In this document: piece by piece, positions 1 to 14,839 of the stretch | How positions within the stretch are numbered: the first letter of the stretch is position 1 | Layout: each line of letters starts with the position of its first letter | NCBI RefSeq assembly: GCF_009914755.1 | Contig: NC_060946.1 | Length of the DNA stretch: 64,000 nucleotides | Reading direction: 5' to 3' (one strand) | DNA from: the human T2T-CHM13v2.0 reference genome, Homo sapiens | Made by a program: the position numbers and the translations under genes | Notes under the pieces: model-generated | The model's database searches: none | Seen by the model: the letters and a program-made list of their open reading frames with translations, nothing else | What the model was told of the DNA's origin: nothing

Positions 1-1618
1 TTACAGAGAATTGTTATTACAAGTGGGTGTTAAATTGGGCCATGTGCTTTTCCTACCTCTATGGAGAAAAGTGTATCATTTTTCTCCTATATGCTGTTGG
101 TGTGATGACTCACCTTGATTTTTTGAATATTAAAACAACCTTGCATTTCTGGGATACACCAACTTTCATATGTTGGTGGACTTGACCCGTTAAGGGTTTT
201 TACAACTATATATATGGGAAATATTGTTGGGTAGTTTTCTTTTGTTGCAATGTCTGTATCAGGTTTTAGTAATGGTTAGTGTTAACTTTATAAAATGAAT
301 TGAGAAGTGTTCCTTTTTCCTTCATTTTCTGAAAGTAATTGTATAGAATTCATTTTACTTGTTCCTAGCATGCAATATAATTACTCAGTGAAGACATCTG
401 GGCCTGGAGTTACCTTTGTGGGAAGATTTTTAATTGTGATTTTAATTTCTGTGGTCATTATAGGGCTGTTCATATTTTCCATTTCTTTCTGAGTCAGTTT
501 TGGCAATTTGAATATTTCATGGAATTTGTCTATTTCACTGAAGGGGTTGAATTGAATGGCATAAACACTTTTTCATAATAATCCCATATTATTATTTTAA
601 TTATCATGGGATCTATAGTGATGCTATATATTTCATTCCTACAGTGATGTCATATATTTCATTCCTAATATGGTCAATTTGCATCTTTTACCTTATTGTC
701 TTCATCAGCTTAGCTAGTTGATTGTTTCTAAGACACAGATGTCGGTTTCATTGATTTTCTCTAATTTTCTTGTTACTACTTTATTTTTGCTACTAATTAT
801 ATAATTTCCTTTCTTTTAATTACTTTGCTTTTAATATGCTCTTTTTCTCAGCTTCTTAAGGTACAAAACAGGCTTATCAACATTAGGCCTTTCTAATTTT
901 CCAATATAAACATTTAAAGCTCTTAGTTTTCCTTTACATGCTGCATTAGCTGCAACCCACAAATTTTAATAATTTTCCTTTTTTAAATGTAGCATAAATC
1001 ATTTTTCAATTTCCCTTGGAATAGTTTCTTTGACCCATGGGTTATTTTGATGTGTATTGTTTAATTTCCAAATATTTGGAGAATTTTTCAAACTTTGTTA
1101 CTGATTTCTAATTTAATTCTGTGTTTGTAAAATTTTTGTTTTATTATAATTTCAATTTTTAAAAATATATTGAGACTTATTTTATGGTCTGTCTTGGTGA
1201 ATGTTCCATGTTTATTTGAACAGAATGTGTATTCTCTTGTCATCGGGTAGCGTGTTCTACAAGTGTCAACTGGTGCTTCTTGGTTGATAATGTTATTTGT
1301 TTAAATCTTCTGCATCTTCACTGATATTCTGTCTGTTAATTAACATGAGAAGAGTCTTCAATCTCCAAGTATAATTGTGGTTCTGTCTATTTCTCCTTTC
1401 AGTTCTGTCATGAATTTTGAGGTTCTGTTATTAGGTATATGTTCATATTTAGAATTATTATAGCTTTCAAATAAATTGACCCATTTATTGTTATAAAGTG
1501 TCTCCCTTTATCCCTAGTAGTATCCATATTTCCTATGCATAGGGTTTTGCATGGCATGTATTTTCCAGCCTTCTAATTTTAATCTTTGTGTGTATCTTTT
1601 TTTCCTTTCATGTATTAG

Positions 1619-1915
<297 letters not shown>

Positions 1916-3262
1916 ATATGTGTGCTTTTGTATTTAAAATAGGTTGTTGTAGACAGAAGCCATCCTGAGTGACAATTACATTTTATGTAATTATCAGTAT
2001 GGTTGGTTTAAATCTACCACCCTGCTATTTGTTTTGTATTTGTTGTATTTTATTGCTATTATTTTATTTGTTTTTTTAATTGATCCTTTCTTCATTCTTA
2101 TGGATTATTTTTTATGATTCCGTTTTATCTGCATTATTATTATTATTATTTTGCTACGACTTTAAAAAATTTTAATGGTTGCTTTAGGGTTTACAATATG
2201 TGCCTTTGACTCATCAGTCTCTACCTTCAAGTAACATCATTTCACTTTACCTATGGTATAAGAACTTTACAGCCTTCCTCCTTCTGTCCTTTGTGCAATA
2301 GTGGGCCTACATATTTTACTTCTACATATGTCATAAATCTCCCAATATGTGCTCTTCCTTTAGACAGCCAGTTTTCTAAAAAAAGAAAACTTTAAAATCA
2401 GAAAAAGATATTTTTCTGTCTACCCACCTATTTATCATTTCCACTGCTCTTCATTCTTTGTGTGGATCCATGTTTCTGCCTGGCATCATTATTATTTCAC
2501 CTAAATAACTTTTTATAACTTTTTAAAAACAGCGCATACCTAGTGGCAACAAATTCTCCCAATTTTTGTCTGTGTGAGGAAGTTTTTATTTAACCTTCAT
2601 TTATAGGATTTTCTTACTGGGTATAGAATTTTAGGTTGATTTTTTTTTTTTTTTTTAGCACTTTAAAGTTGTCATTCTCGTTCTCTGACTTATGTAGTTT
2701 CAGATGATATGTCTCCTATATTTTTTCTCTTTGTTCCTCCATACATAAATATTTCCCTCACCTCCTGAATTTCCTTTAAGATTTTTCTCTTTCTCACTGG
2801 TTTTCAGCAATGTTGATTAGGTTGTGCCTTTGCATGATTTTTTCTTTTATATTGAGCTATTTCTTTGTAAATTTATAGTTTTCATTAAGTTTGAAAAATG
2901 TTAAGACTGTTATTTCTTTAAGTAAACTTTCTTTTTGTCTCTGTTCCTCTTCCTTCAGGGCTTCCAACTGCTTATGTTTCAGATGATTTGATATTGTCTT
3001 ACAGATTACTGAGGCTCTGTTCAGTCTTTTTTGTTTGTTTTTAAAATCTTTTTTCCCTCCCTGATTCATACTGTATAGTTCCTATTGCTATGTTTTTGAG
3101 TGAATCTTTTGCTCTCCAGTATCTAATAGTTGTTAACCTTATCTTGTGAAAGTTTTATTTTAGAGATTACATTTTTTGGTTCTAGATGTTGCTATTGGCC
3201 CTAATTGATACTTTCAATTTTTCTCCATGTTCATATTTTCCTTTAACTATCTGAGCAAATTG

Positions 3263-3630
<368 letters not shown>

Positions 3631-4546
3631 TTATGGGTTGTAATTTTTTATTGGATACCAGGCAATTTGCTTTTTCCATCATTGATTGTTTCAGTTTTGT
3701 TGTCTTCCGTTTAAGAGCACTGAAGTTTGTTTAGACAGGAAGTTAGTTTCCTGGTGGATCAGGTTGGTCTCTTTGAGGCTGTATTTGTGCTTTGTTAGAA
3801 GAGTTCAGTGTAGTTGTTACTCCAGAAACAAATTAGCCCCACACCTGCAGCCTGGCCCTTTCAGGGTCTCTAGGGATTGCCCCATGTGTTCAATAAAGTC
3901 TTTCTACTCTCGCAGGATGGAATTAAAATATCTTCCATCCCTGAGTGAGATCTGGGAATTTTTCGCTTTATAGCTCCCAAGCTTACTGGCTTTGTGTTGT
4001 TTCCCCTGATGTGTGTGTAGATTAGCATCCAGCCAGGGTCTCAAGGAGAGCTTTTTGAAGGTTTCTGAGCTCTCTCTCTGTGTGGCTACTTCTTCTTGGA
4101 TCATCCACCTGCAAACTCCAGCTGCTGTGGCCTCCCCAGCCTCCCCCTCCCTCTCCTCCCACCATCGAGACAGCTCTGGTCCACCCTGAGAAAGCCAGAG
4201 CGATTGCAGGATTTTCTCTGTGTGTTTGTTTAATCTCACTGATTACCTTCCTGCATCATCGTTTCCCCCAGCACACGGAACAGTTGTTTTCTATATTTAA
4301 CAGTTTCTAACCGGTTGAGGTGAGAAGACAAATTCTATGTCAGCTAATCTTTCATGACCAAATGGTGAAGTCGCCCTGGAGGATTAAAATTTTATTCATT
4401 TATTTCTTTCATCAGTTTGATTAGGAGGTGCTGAAGTGTGGCTTTCTTTGTGTTTATCTTGATTGGGATTTGTTGAGATTCTTGCGGCTGTGGGTTGATG
4501 TTTCAAATTGGTAGAAAATTGTCAAATTTTCTACCAATATTTATTC

Positions 4547-4665
4547 ATATGTATGTGTGTGTATATATATAATATATATAATATGTGTGTATATATAATA
4601 TATGTATAATATGTGTGTGTATATATAATATATATATAATATGTGTGTGTGTGTGTATATATCTA
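4547..4665. repeat. Compound (TA)n/(TG)n microsatellite with ~30-bp periodicity
   Basis: Blocks like atgtgtgtgtatatataatatatata repeated about three times. Confidence 0.9.
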
Positions 4666-5059
4666 TCTCCCTCATTTCCTTGCTTTTCTCCTTCTGGGAG
4701 ACCAATTCCATGTTAGTTTTTTCCTTTCTGATATTTTCACCCTCAATTTCCAGAGGCCCTGGTGGCCCGAACTCTGACGTCTAAGTCCTGCTCACTAAGA
4801 TTGCTGTTCTCTGCATGAGATCCGTTTCCCATGTGTCAAACCTTGGAAAAGGCTGGGTACATGTTGGGCTTACCCAGCACGAGTCCATCTTCCACACGCG
4901 GGATGCCTATTTAGTTCCTGGCTACTTCTCTTTGCCTTCCTGAGACTTAAAAAAGTTGCTCTTTACATTTTGCGCAGAGTTTATAGTTGTTATCAACAAG
5001 ATGGTTGGTCTGATCTGAGTGAGTCTAGCACTACCCGAAGCTGAAAAATGTGTATATAA

Positions 5060-5434
<375 letters not shown>

Positions 5435-6458
5435 AAAGGCTGGTTTTTAATATTGATTTATATATTCTGCCATATTAGAAAACTTTTATATTCATTCAAA
5501 TTATATATGTGTAAAATCCTTTGTATTGCCTATGTATTATATCCTCGGCATATAATGACAATTCCATTTATTTACTTATTTATTTTTTGCCAGTTCTCAC
5601 ATGTTATTTCTATTCCTTGACTTAATGCACCAGCTGGTCCTACCGTGAAATGTCAAATGGAATTATGATAACAGGTAGCCTTGCTCTATTTCTAAGCAAA
5701 GATTGAAAGAGGTCACCATTAAGAATGATACTTTATGTGTCATTTAAAAAGATACTTCATCAGGTTAAGGTCCTTTTCTTCTATTTATAAATTGATTTAA
5801 TTCTTTTAAAAAATCATGAATGAATATTTAAAAATTTAAGTCAGAGTGTCTGTATGTATTGAAATGATCATATGAGTTTCCTCCTTTATCTGTTAATATG
5901 GCAAATTATATTGATTGATTTTCTAACAATAAAATACATTTTCACTCTTGAGATAAATTTCTTTTATGAATCTTAACTCGGTTTGCCGGTACTTCATTTA
6001 GGATTTTGGCATCCGTGTTTATAGTTGAGGTTTGCCTTCTAGTTTCTTTTTTTCAATACTATCCTTGTCAGGTTTTGGCATCAGAATAATACTAGTCTTA
6101 TACAATCAATTGGGAAATATTTCTTTTTTCCTCTTTTGTCTGAAAAATATTGTGTAAGTTTGGAATTCTTTCTTCATTAAAAGTTTGGTAGAACTTCCGC
6201 TGAAAAATCTCTGCCTAAAGTTTTCTTTGTGGGAAGGGTTTGTATGAATGACTCAATAATTTTATCACTTACAGGAAAATTTTGATTTTCTTCTCCTGGC
6301 AGTTTTGATAAGCTGTTTAATTTCCTGGAAATTAGTCATTTTTATTCAAATTTTCTCAAATTCTTATTCCAAAGGCAGAGTCTGACTGCAAGCTCTATAG
6401 TGTCATCACCCTTTTTGTTCCTGACGTTGGTTTCTCTCTCAGTCTCTCTCTTACCCCA

Positions 6459-6727
6459 TCTCCCTCCCTCCTTCACCCCCTCTCCTCTTTTCTGGATTAC
6501 TCTCGCCAGACACTTACTGATCAAGGCTTGCAAGCTTATCAACCTAATGCTTCCGTATCAGTCACTTTCCGCCTGTGACTCTCTTCATCATGTGTTCGTC
6601 TGCTCTCCCCTCCCTCCTTCACCCCCTCTCCTCTTTTCTGGATTACTGTCACCAGACACTCATCAACCTAATGCTTCCATATCACTCACTTTCCGCCTGT
6701 GACCCTCTTCATCGTGTGTTCGTCTGC
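6459..6727. repeat. Local tandem duplication (145-bp and 124-bp copies)
   Basis: Copy 1 at 6459-6603 and copy 2 at 6604-6727 share tccctccttcaccccctctcctcttttctggattact...tgtgttcgtctgc. Confidence 0.95.
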
Positions 6728-7486
6728 GCTGCATTGACTTTGCACATCGTGTTGTCCTCACGTCCTCACCAGCCCACCCTCCTTTAGGTATCAATTATAA
6801 TGTTGAAGGATTTGCCATTTTTGTACATATGTTAATTTTTGCTTTGTTTCTATCGAGGTCATGTTTTTAGGTGCAAACTTAGGAATTATTATATATTCCT
6901 GGTGAATTAAAACTTTTATCAATATAAGCAGTCACTATCTCTAGTAGTCTTTTTACCTTGGAACTTACTGCTCAGATAGTGATTTTCATACAGCAGCTTC
7001 CTTTTGATTGGTGTTGATGTCAGTATCCTTTACCATTCTTTCCTTTAAACCTTTCTTTTTTCTTACTTTTAGATAGGACTCACAGAAATAGCACATAGAT
7101 TTTTAAAACTCTTGGTTTTAAAAATTGGCTTTTCATTGAAGGATTAAGACCATTAACATTTATTGTGATTACTGATGTATTCAAAATATATTTTTCTGCT
7201 TTACTATGTGATATCTAATTGTAGCCCCTGTTCTGGGTTCCTTTTCTCATTTTCTTGCTTTCCTTTGCAGTAACTGAGTTTTTAAAGTCATTCCACTTTT
7301 TCTTCTTTTAGTTCAAAAATATGCACTCTTTTATTCTAGTGGTTACCTTAGAAATTATAATATACATCATTGACACATCAAACTTCAATGTTAATCAATA
7401 CTTTTACCCACTTTCTGGGAAAATGCAAGAATTCTGGAACACTTTACCTCTGCTAGCATATATTCCAGAGTTGCTGGTTATAGATT

Positions 7487-7688
7487 ATACATTGATATTT
7501 ATTCTGATATGTTTAAAAACTCACCAGATATTGCATTTTACATTGATATTTATTCTGATATGTTTTACATCAATATTTATTCCAACATATTTTAAATTCT
7601 ACGTTGATATTTTACATCGATATTTATTGCAATGTATTTCAAATTCTACATTGATATTTATTCTGATATATTTTTAAACTCACCAGGC
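7487..7688. repeat. Degenerate AT-rich tandem repeat (core tacattgatatttattctgatat)
   Basis: Core motif recurs near 7487, 7539 and 7647, with degenerate copies between. Confidence 0.8.
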
Positions 7689-8061
7689 CTTACATTATTA
7701 CTTTGCACAGTCATTGTGTATTGAGCCTCTTTCCTCTATTTGCTGCTAATGATCTTCATAACGCTTTGCATCTGGGGTCATTTTCTCCTGTCTGATGAGC
7801 CTCTTTGAGAATTTGCTGTTGATGAAATCTCCCTGCTTTTGTTTGAGACTTTCTTTCTCTCACCCTGTTCTTGCAGGACGTGCTGGCTGCGTGTGAATTT
7901 CTTGGATGGCAGTTGGCCTTTGGCATGTGGACGTCCTGTCTGTTTCTTTGGGCTTTCTCATCTCTGGAGAGGTCAGCTTGAAGTCTGAGATTGCTCTTTC
8001 AAAGGGAATCTATCTTTTTATTTCTCTATTGTTAAAATTTTATTTTTTAAAAAAAATTCTA

Positions 8062-8376
<315 letters not shown>

Positions 8377-9349
8377 CTACAGTTTTCAACACGAAATACC
8401 TAGGTGCATTTGTTTTTTATGTTCTGCTTGCAATTGGTTGGTTTCTAGAATTTGTATGGTGATGCTCATCAGTTCTAAAAAGTTCTCAGTTTTATTTTCT
8501 TCAATATTGCCTCTACTCTGAGCTGCCTTTCCTCTCCTTCTGGCACTCTAATTAGATGCAAGTTAGAGCTACCCCCTTGTATCATCTGTCTTTTACCTTC
8601 TTCCTGGCATAGTCCTTGTGTTTTTCTCCCCATAATTTCTTTTGGGTGATTTCTATTAACCTGTCTTCCTTTTCACTAATTTTTTCTTCATTGATGTCTA
8701 TTTGTTTGTAAAGAAGCCTTTCCACCGAGTCATCAAATACTTAATTTTTGTTTGTTTCTAAATTGGAAAAGTTCCATATGGATTTTCTTTTAAAATCTGT
8801 TACAGTTTTTGTTTTGTTTTGTTTTCAAGTTCTTTGCTGAACTTCTCATGCTTAGCTTTTATGTTGAATGTAGAAAGCACAGCTGTTTTACAATCTGTGG
8901 CTGGTAATTCTAATACCTGGATGTGATATATGGTTGTTGCTATAAACCGTTGGTTCCAGTGGCTTTTACTCATGATATCTTGTATTTATGTGCCTGGTTG
9001 TCTTTGTTAGTTTTCTGGTCATTGTATGTGAACCAACACATTTCTAGAAATAACTTGGGGGTAAGGGATAATGATGTCTTCCTCCAGAGAATGATTTCTT
9101 ATATTTTCTTCTAGGCTCCCACAAGGGGCCTAGGGATTTCCTTTTGTCGTATTCCCGCCCTTGGAATGTTGGAGCGCTTCAGGACAAGCTCTTTACCCCT
9201 CTCTTATTTACCTGTGTTCACACTCTAGGTCACCTCTAGTATCATGGCTTTAAATAATTGGATGTACATATGGCATCCGTATTCCCTGTCCTGACCTCCC
9301 CTTTGACGTTCAGACTTGTACATTCATCTTCTCTTTGCAAATCTCTTGA

Positions 9350-9688
<339 letters not shown>

Positions 9689-10304
9689 TGGACACTGAAC
9701 TCTTAATCTCACTTCCTTATTGACCCACTTCTTCCCAAATCATCCTTGTTAAGTCCAAAACATAGTCCTCAATTTCTCTTTCTCTCATACCTTATCTCTT
9801 TTCCAGTAGCGAGTGCTGGGTGGTTCAACCTTCAAAATAGCCACCAAGTCGAGACAGCGTTACTTTCTGCTGGCCTGGTACAGATGCCTTTTAGTTGGCC
9901 TCCTATCTTTATCTCTTCCCCTGTACAGTCCATTCCCATCCAGCAGCCAAAATTAATATGCCACACCTCTGTTCAAGATGCTCCAACAATTTCAACTTAT
10001 GCCTAGAATAACATCCAAAATCCCCATTATGGGTCAAAAGGTCCTATGCGAGTTGACCTTTTCTGTCTACCTTTTCCATCTTATCTCCTTTTCTTCCATC
10101 CACTCTACTCAAACTGGCTTCCTTGCTATTCATAAAAAGGTCATTTTATGCCCATCTCGGTGCCCAGGCAGGTCCACTTTCCTCTTCCTGGAATGCCCAT
10201 CTGCACATCTTTACCTGACCTGCTCACTTCATTCAAGTCTCTGCTCAAAAGTCAGCTGCTTAGAAAGGACTTTCTTCATCACCTAATTAAAGTAGCACTA
10301 TCAG

Positions 10305-10715
10305 TGTATGAGTTACCTATTGCTGCATAACAAGCAGCCCCAAAACTTAAAACAACAAGCATTTATTATCTCAGTTTCTGTGGGTCAGGAATTTGGGGGT
10401 GGCTTAGCTCACTCTCAAGGTCCTTTATGAAATTGTGCTGAAGACATCAGCCAGGTCTTGGGATTGAAAGATCCACTTTGAAGAGGGCCTGCTCCTATAG
10501 CTGGCAGGCTGTGGTTGGCAGGAACCCTATCCATAGGGATGCCATGGTGTTCTCATGATGTGGCAGCTGATTTTCCCAGAATTAGTGATATGAGTGGAAG
10601 CAACAATGCTATTTATGACCCAGACTCAGAAGCTATATCCTGTCATTTCCACAACATCCAGTTGGCCACATGTGCCATCACTCTTGCTATGGGAGGTGGG
10701 TCCACAGGTATGCAT
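10305..10715 (-). mobile_element. MLT1-family (ERVL-MaLR) solo LTR
   Basis: tgtatgagttacctattgctgcataacaagcagccccaaaacttaaaacaac...tctgtgggtcaggaatttg is a typical MLT1 antisense start. Confidence 0.75.
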
Positions 10716-11226
10716 TGCAGGAGGAATGTGCATGTCTGACATTCATTGGTCCCTTGCTCATTGCCTGATGCACATGTCAGAATGTTCATTTCTAGAAGGC
10801 AGGCTTCTTGTCTTTCATGCTCACTTCAGTGCCTAGGCCAGTGTGTGCCCCATGGCAGGTGTTCGCTAATTATTTACTGAATAAATAAATGGGAGGTTTC
10901 CCAGGAGCCTGGAGGACGTCTGTGCAAAAGGATGAAAAGAGTCACGAAAGTGACACCTGGGCAGGGAGCCAGGAGATGAGGTCAGGATGCAGAGCCAGAA
11001 TGGGTGAGCGAAGAGAGCTGGGACGAGGCTGTGGACAAGGGATTGGGGTCGGGTCCCATCGCCATTTGGGACTGAATGGTTAGCTGAGGCCAGCTATGGG
11101 CCAGAAAAGGGATGATCATTATAGAAAAGCTGTGCTGTTTTCTTTAAGACCAAGTCAGAGTTTTTTTTTTTTGTTTTTTTTTTTGCTTCATTGCAATGGT
11201 GAAACAGGCAGGTAGGCTGGCATTGG

Positions 11227-11525
11227 GGCTGGTGGGGAGTGGCTCACGCCTGTAATCCCAGCACTTTGGGAGGCAAAGGTGTGCATATCACCTGAGGTCA
11301 GGAGTTCAAGACTAGCCTGATCAACATGATAAAACCTGGTCTCCGCTAAAAATACAAGAAAATTAGCCAGGTGTGGTGGTGCATGCCTGAAATCTCAGCT
11401 ACTCGGGAGAGTAAGGCACGAGAATTTCTTGAACCTGGGAGGTGGAGGTTGCAGTGAGCTGAGATGGTGCCATTGCACTCCAGCCTGGGCAACAGAGTGA
11501 GACACTGACACACACACACACACAG
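11227..11525 (+). mobile_element. AluS element ending in a (CA)n tract instead of poly-A
   Basis: gtggctcacgcctgtaatcccagcactttggg...gagtgagacactgacacacacacacacag. Confidence 0.93.
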
Positions 11526-12112
11526 AGAAACAGGCAGAGAAAAATTGGTACAGAAAACTTTACTAATAAAAAAAACCCTCTCGATGAAGCTCACTGTCTG
11601 TGACATCCACGCAGAAGGCAGAATAGGGCCAGCGGCTACGCAGAGAATGGGATTTAGAGATTTGTGAGTACTTGATGGGCAGGTGAGATGCTTAAAAATG
11701 CAGATTGTAAAGCCAAAGTTGGGATGGCTTTGGCGCTGAGCTGCTGATTGACACAGTGGATTAGTATTTAGTCAATTTTGGTTAAGTGTTTGCTTCTGAT
11801 TTACGTCTGGGAAGAGCTTTCTGAAAGCCATTCTTCATGATAACATAAATATCTATTTCTCTAATTTCCAGAAATCAGTATTCAGCCTACTTCAGGGGGG
11901 CTCCATGCACGTGGCGAGCACTGCCTCAGGAGCATCCCTTGCAGGTGAGAATCCTGACCACCTGGCAAACTGCTTGCAGAGGGCTAAGTGGGTTCACACA
12001 GTTTTGTGCATTTTAAACTAGTGACTGAAACGAGACTTTTTTAAAAAAATATTTTTCCCCATTTAACCAGAGAAAAATATGTCTTTGGGGGAGTTATGAT
12101 GTTACCAGAACT

Positions 12113-12345
12113 GGTTAAGCACTGTGGAGAGACGACGGAGCCTCGGTTCAGGTTCCAGCTGCTTCGCTTTCTAGCTGTATAAATGTGGGCACGTTTCTTA
12201 ACCTCTTTTGCCTCAGTTTCCTCACCTGTGAGATGGGATCAACAGATTACCTTGCAGACTTGTTGTGAAGTAAATGAGCTGTATATTTAAAGCTCTTAGG
12301 ATAGTACCTGACATACGGGAAACATTATAGAACTAGTAAGTATTA
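12113..12345 (+). mobile_element. MIR SINE
   Basis: MIR core ttaacctcttttgcctcagtttcctcacctgtgagatggg...gttgtgaagtaaatgag. Confidence 0.85.
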
Positions 12346-12569
12346 TACACTTTATCTATTTTTTAGAAATTTACAATTTTCATTGTTTATTTTTTTTTTT
12401 GAGTGTCCTCATGGAAGCACTGAGACACCAGATGGAGGGCGTGATCAGGACCAGGACATCATCCATCCTAGTGGTCTTCAAATTACTCACATGATCCCAC
12501 TTTCTTATCAACAGAACTCGGAGCCTGTTGGGGGCGGGGTGCATCCAGATTGAGAACAGCAGCAGCTAG

Positions 12570-13400
12570 AGCAGTTTCATTGCCCAGCCCCACCGGACTC
12601 AAGTTTTCTCCAGTGAGATGTTCCCAGAAGTTGCTGGCTGGGGCTTTCAGGAAGACGTTTCAGATGGAAGACAGGCTCAGCTAGAAGGTGGGTAGCTTTT
12701 GCTCTTTGTTTTCCCTTTCTTCCTACCTTGAAAGCAGAGGCAATGCTGGAGGTGGGGCAGCTGTTTTGTGACCAGTGGACAACAGCCTGTGCTGGGTGCA
12801 TCCGTCTCCTCGGGCAGCTATAACAAAGCACCACAAACTGTCTGGAAACAACAGACATTTACTCTCTCGCAATTCTAGAGGCCAGACGTCCGAGATCAAG
12901 GTGTCAGCAGGGCTGTGCTACCTCCGAAGGCTCTGGGCAAGAGCCGTTCCATGCCTTTCTCTCAGCTCTGGTTCCACCTGTAGTCTTTGGTGTTCTGTGG
13001 TTTGCAGCTTCCCAATTTCTGCCTCTATCTTCACAGGGCCTTCTCCTCTCTGTGTGTCTGTGTCTCTTATTCTTTTCTTAAGAGGACACCAGTGATAATG
13101 GCTTAGGACCCACCCTACTCCATTCTGACCTCGTCTTAACTAATGACACTGTCAGCAGTGACCGTATTTCTAAATCGAGTCACATTCTAGGTCCTGGGAG
13201 TCAGAGCTTCAACATGTCTCTTTGAGGGACACAAACCCACAACACTAAGGATGGCTGAGCAGAAAGGTGGAAGGAGGCAGGGGCCCTGATGGCTTCAGAG
13301 TCACCAAGGGAGCCCTGGCCCACCCACCTGCGGGCTTCCAGTCATCCCAGCCACTGTTTTCCATTTCCCAGCAAGCAGCTGTAATTCCTAACAGGTACAA
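12570..13400 (+). mobile_element. Old ERVL-type LTR (LTR16/LTR33-like) split by an MLT1 LTR
   Basis: gctggaggtggggcagctgttttgtgacc before and aggatggctgagcagaaaggtggaagg...ccctgatgg after the MLT1; family uncertain. Confidence 0.45.
12797..13243 (-). mobile_element. MLT1B/C solo LTR
   Basis: cagctataacaaagcaccacaaactg...gagatcaaggtgtcagcaggg...gagcttcaacatgtctctttgagggacaca. Confidence 0.85.
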
Positions 13401-13778
13401 CATCTCACTGAAGTACCTGGAGTTTGGAGACCGCAGACACAGTGGAAGGGTGAATGTAAACCCTGGCCAGTTGTCCTCCAGCCTGAGCCCTTCCCTCCAG
13501 CAGTCTGTCCCCTGGGAAGCCACATTCCAACCTGAGTTGTTCCCCTCAGTCTCTTGTTTGGAACATTTGGCCTCTCCGAGGCTCTTAGATGGTGAAAGAG
13601 TCTCTGCTCTACTTGGTAGACACCTACTGGGCTGTCTTTTGTTTTCTTCTAGGGGACCTTCCACCTTGCTCTTGGCTGTGGCACCTGGAGGCCCTGTTTT
13701 CACTTTGTAACTCTGCCCTCTGGACAGAGCGGGTCTGTGCCTGGGTGTTCATCTGACCCAAGCTGGGCCAATTAGACT

Positions 13779-14570
13779 TTTTTTTTTGTGGTGAATGTTT
13801 TATGTTTATTGTTTTTTATTTTATATATATATATTATTTATTATACTTTAAGTTCTAGGGTACATGTGCACAACATGCAGGTTTGTTACATATGTATACC
13901 TGTGCCATGTTGGTGTGCTGTACCCATTAACTCGTCATTTACATTAGGTATATCTCTTAACGATATCCCTCCCCACTCCCCCCACCCCACAACAGGCCCC
14001 GGTGTGTGATGTTCCCCTTCCTGTGTCCAAGTGTTCTCATTGTTCAATTCCCACCTATGAGTGAGAACATGTGGTGTTTGGTTTTTTGTCCTTGTGATAG
14101 TTTGCTGAGAATGATGGTTTCCAGCTTCATCCATGTCCCTACAAAGGACATGAACTCATCATTTTTTATGGCTGCATAGTATTCCATGGTGTATATGTGC
14201 TACATTTTCTTAATCCAGTCTATTGTTGTTGGACATTTGGGTTGGTTCCAAGTCTTTGCTATCGTGAGGAGTGCCGCAATAAACATACGTGTGCATGTGT
14301 CTTTATAGCAGCATGATTTATAATCCTTTGGGTATATACCCAGTAATGGGATGGCTGGGTCAAATGGTATGTCTAGTTCTAGATCCCTGAGGAATGGCCA
14401 CACTGTCTTCCACAATGGTTGAACCAGTTTACAGTCCCACCAATAGTGTAAAAGTGTTCCTATTTCTCCACATCCTCTCCAGCACCTGTTATTTCCTGAT
14501 TTTTTTAATGATCGCCATTTTAACTGGTGTGAGATGATATCTTGTGGTTTTGATTTGCATTTCTCTGATG
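13779..14570 (-). mobile_element. 5'-truncated L1PA4/5-like LINE-1 (3'UTR plus ORF2 C-terminus)
   Basis: ttatactttaagttctagggtacatgtgcac 3' end; ORF 14200..14622(-) contains [16 protein letters not shown]; perfect 18-bp TSD agctgggccaattagact at 13761-13778 and 14571-14588. Confidence 0.97.
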
Positions 14571-14839
14571 AGCTGGGCCAATTAGACTCTTTGCGGGGTT
14601 TGAAATGTGTGGGAAGGGACATCGTGTCTCGCAGTTATTATCACAGAATCATGTCAGGATGGAGTCTAGTGCAGTGACTTTCAAACTCCAGTGCGCGTCT
14701 GGGTCACTTAGGGACTTTGTTACAGGTTTCCAGGTGAGCCACTATCCATTATGGAACACAGTATGGAGGTTCCTCAAAAAATTAAAAATAGAACTACCAT
14801 ATGATCCAGCAATCAGCAATCCCGCTTCTGAGTCTATCC

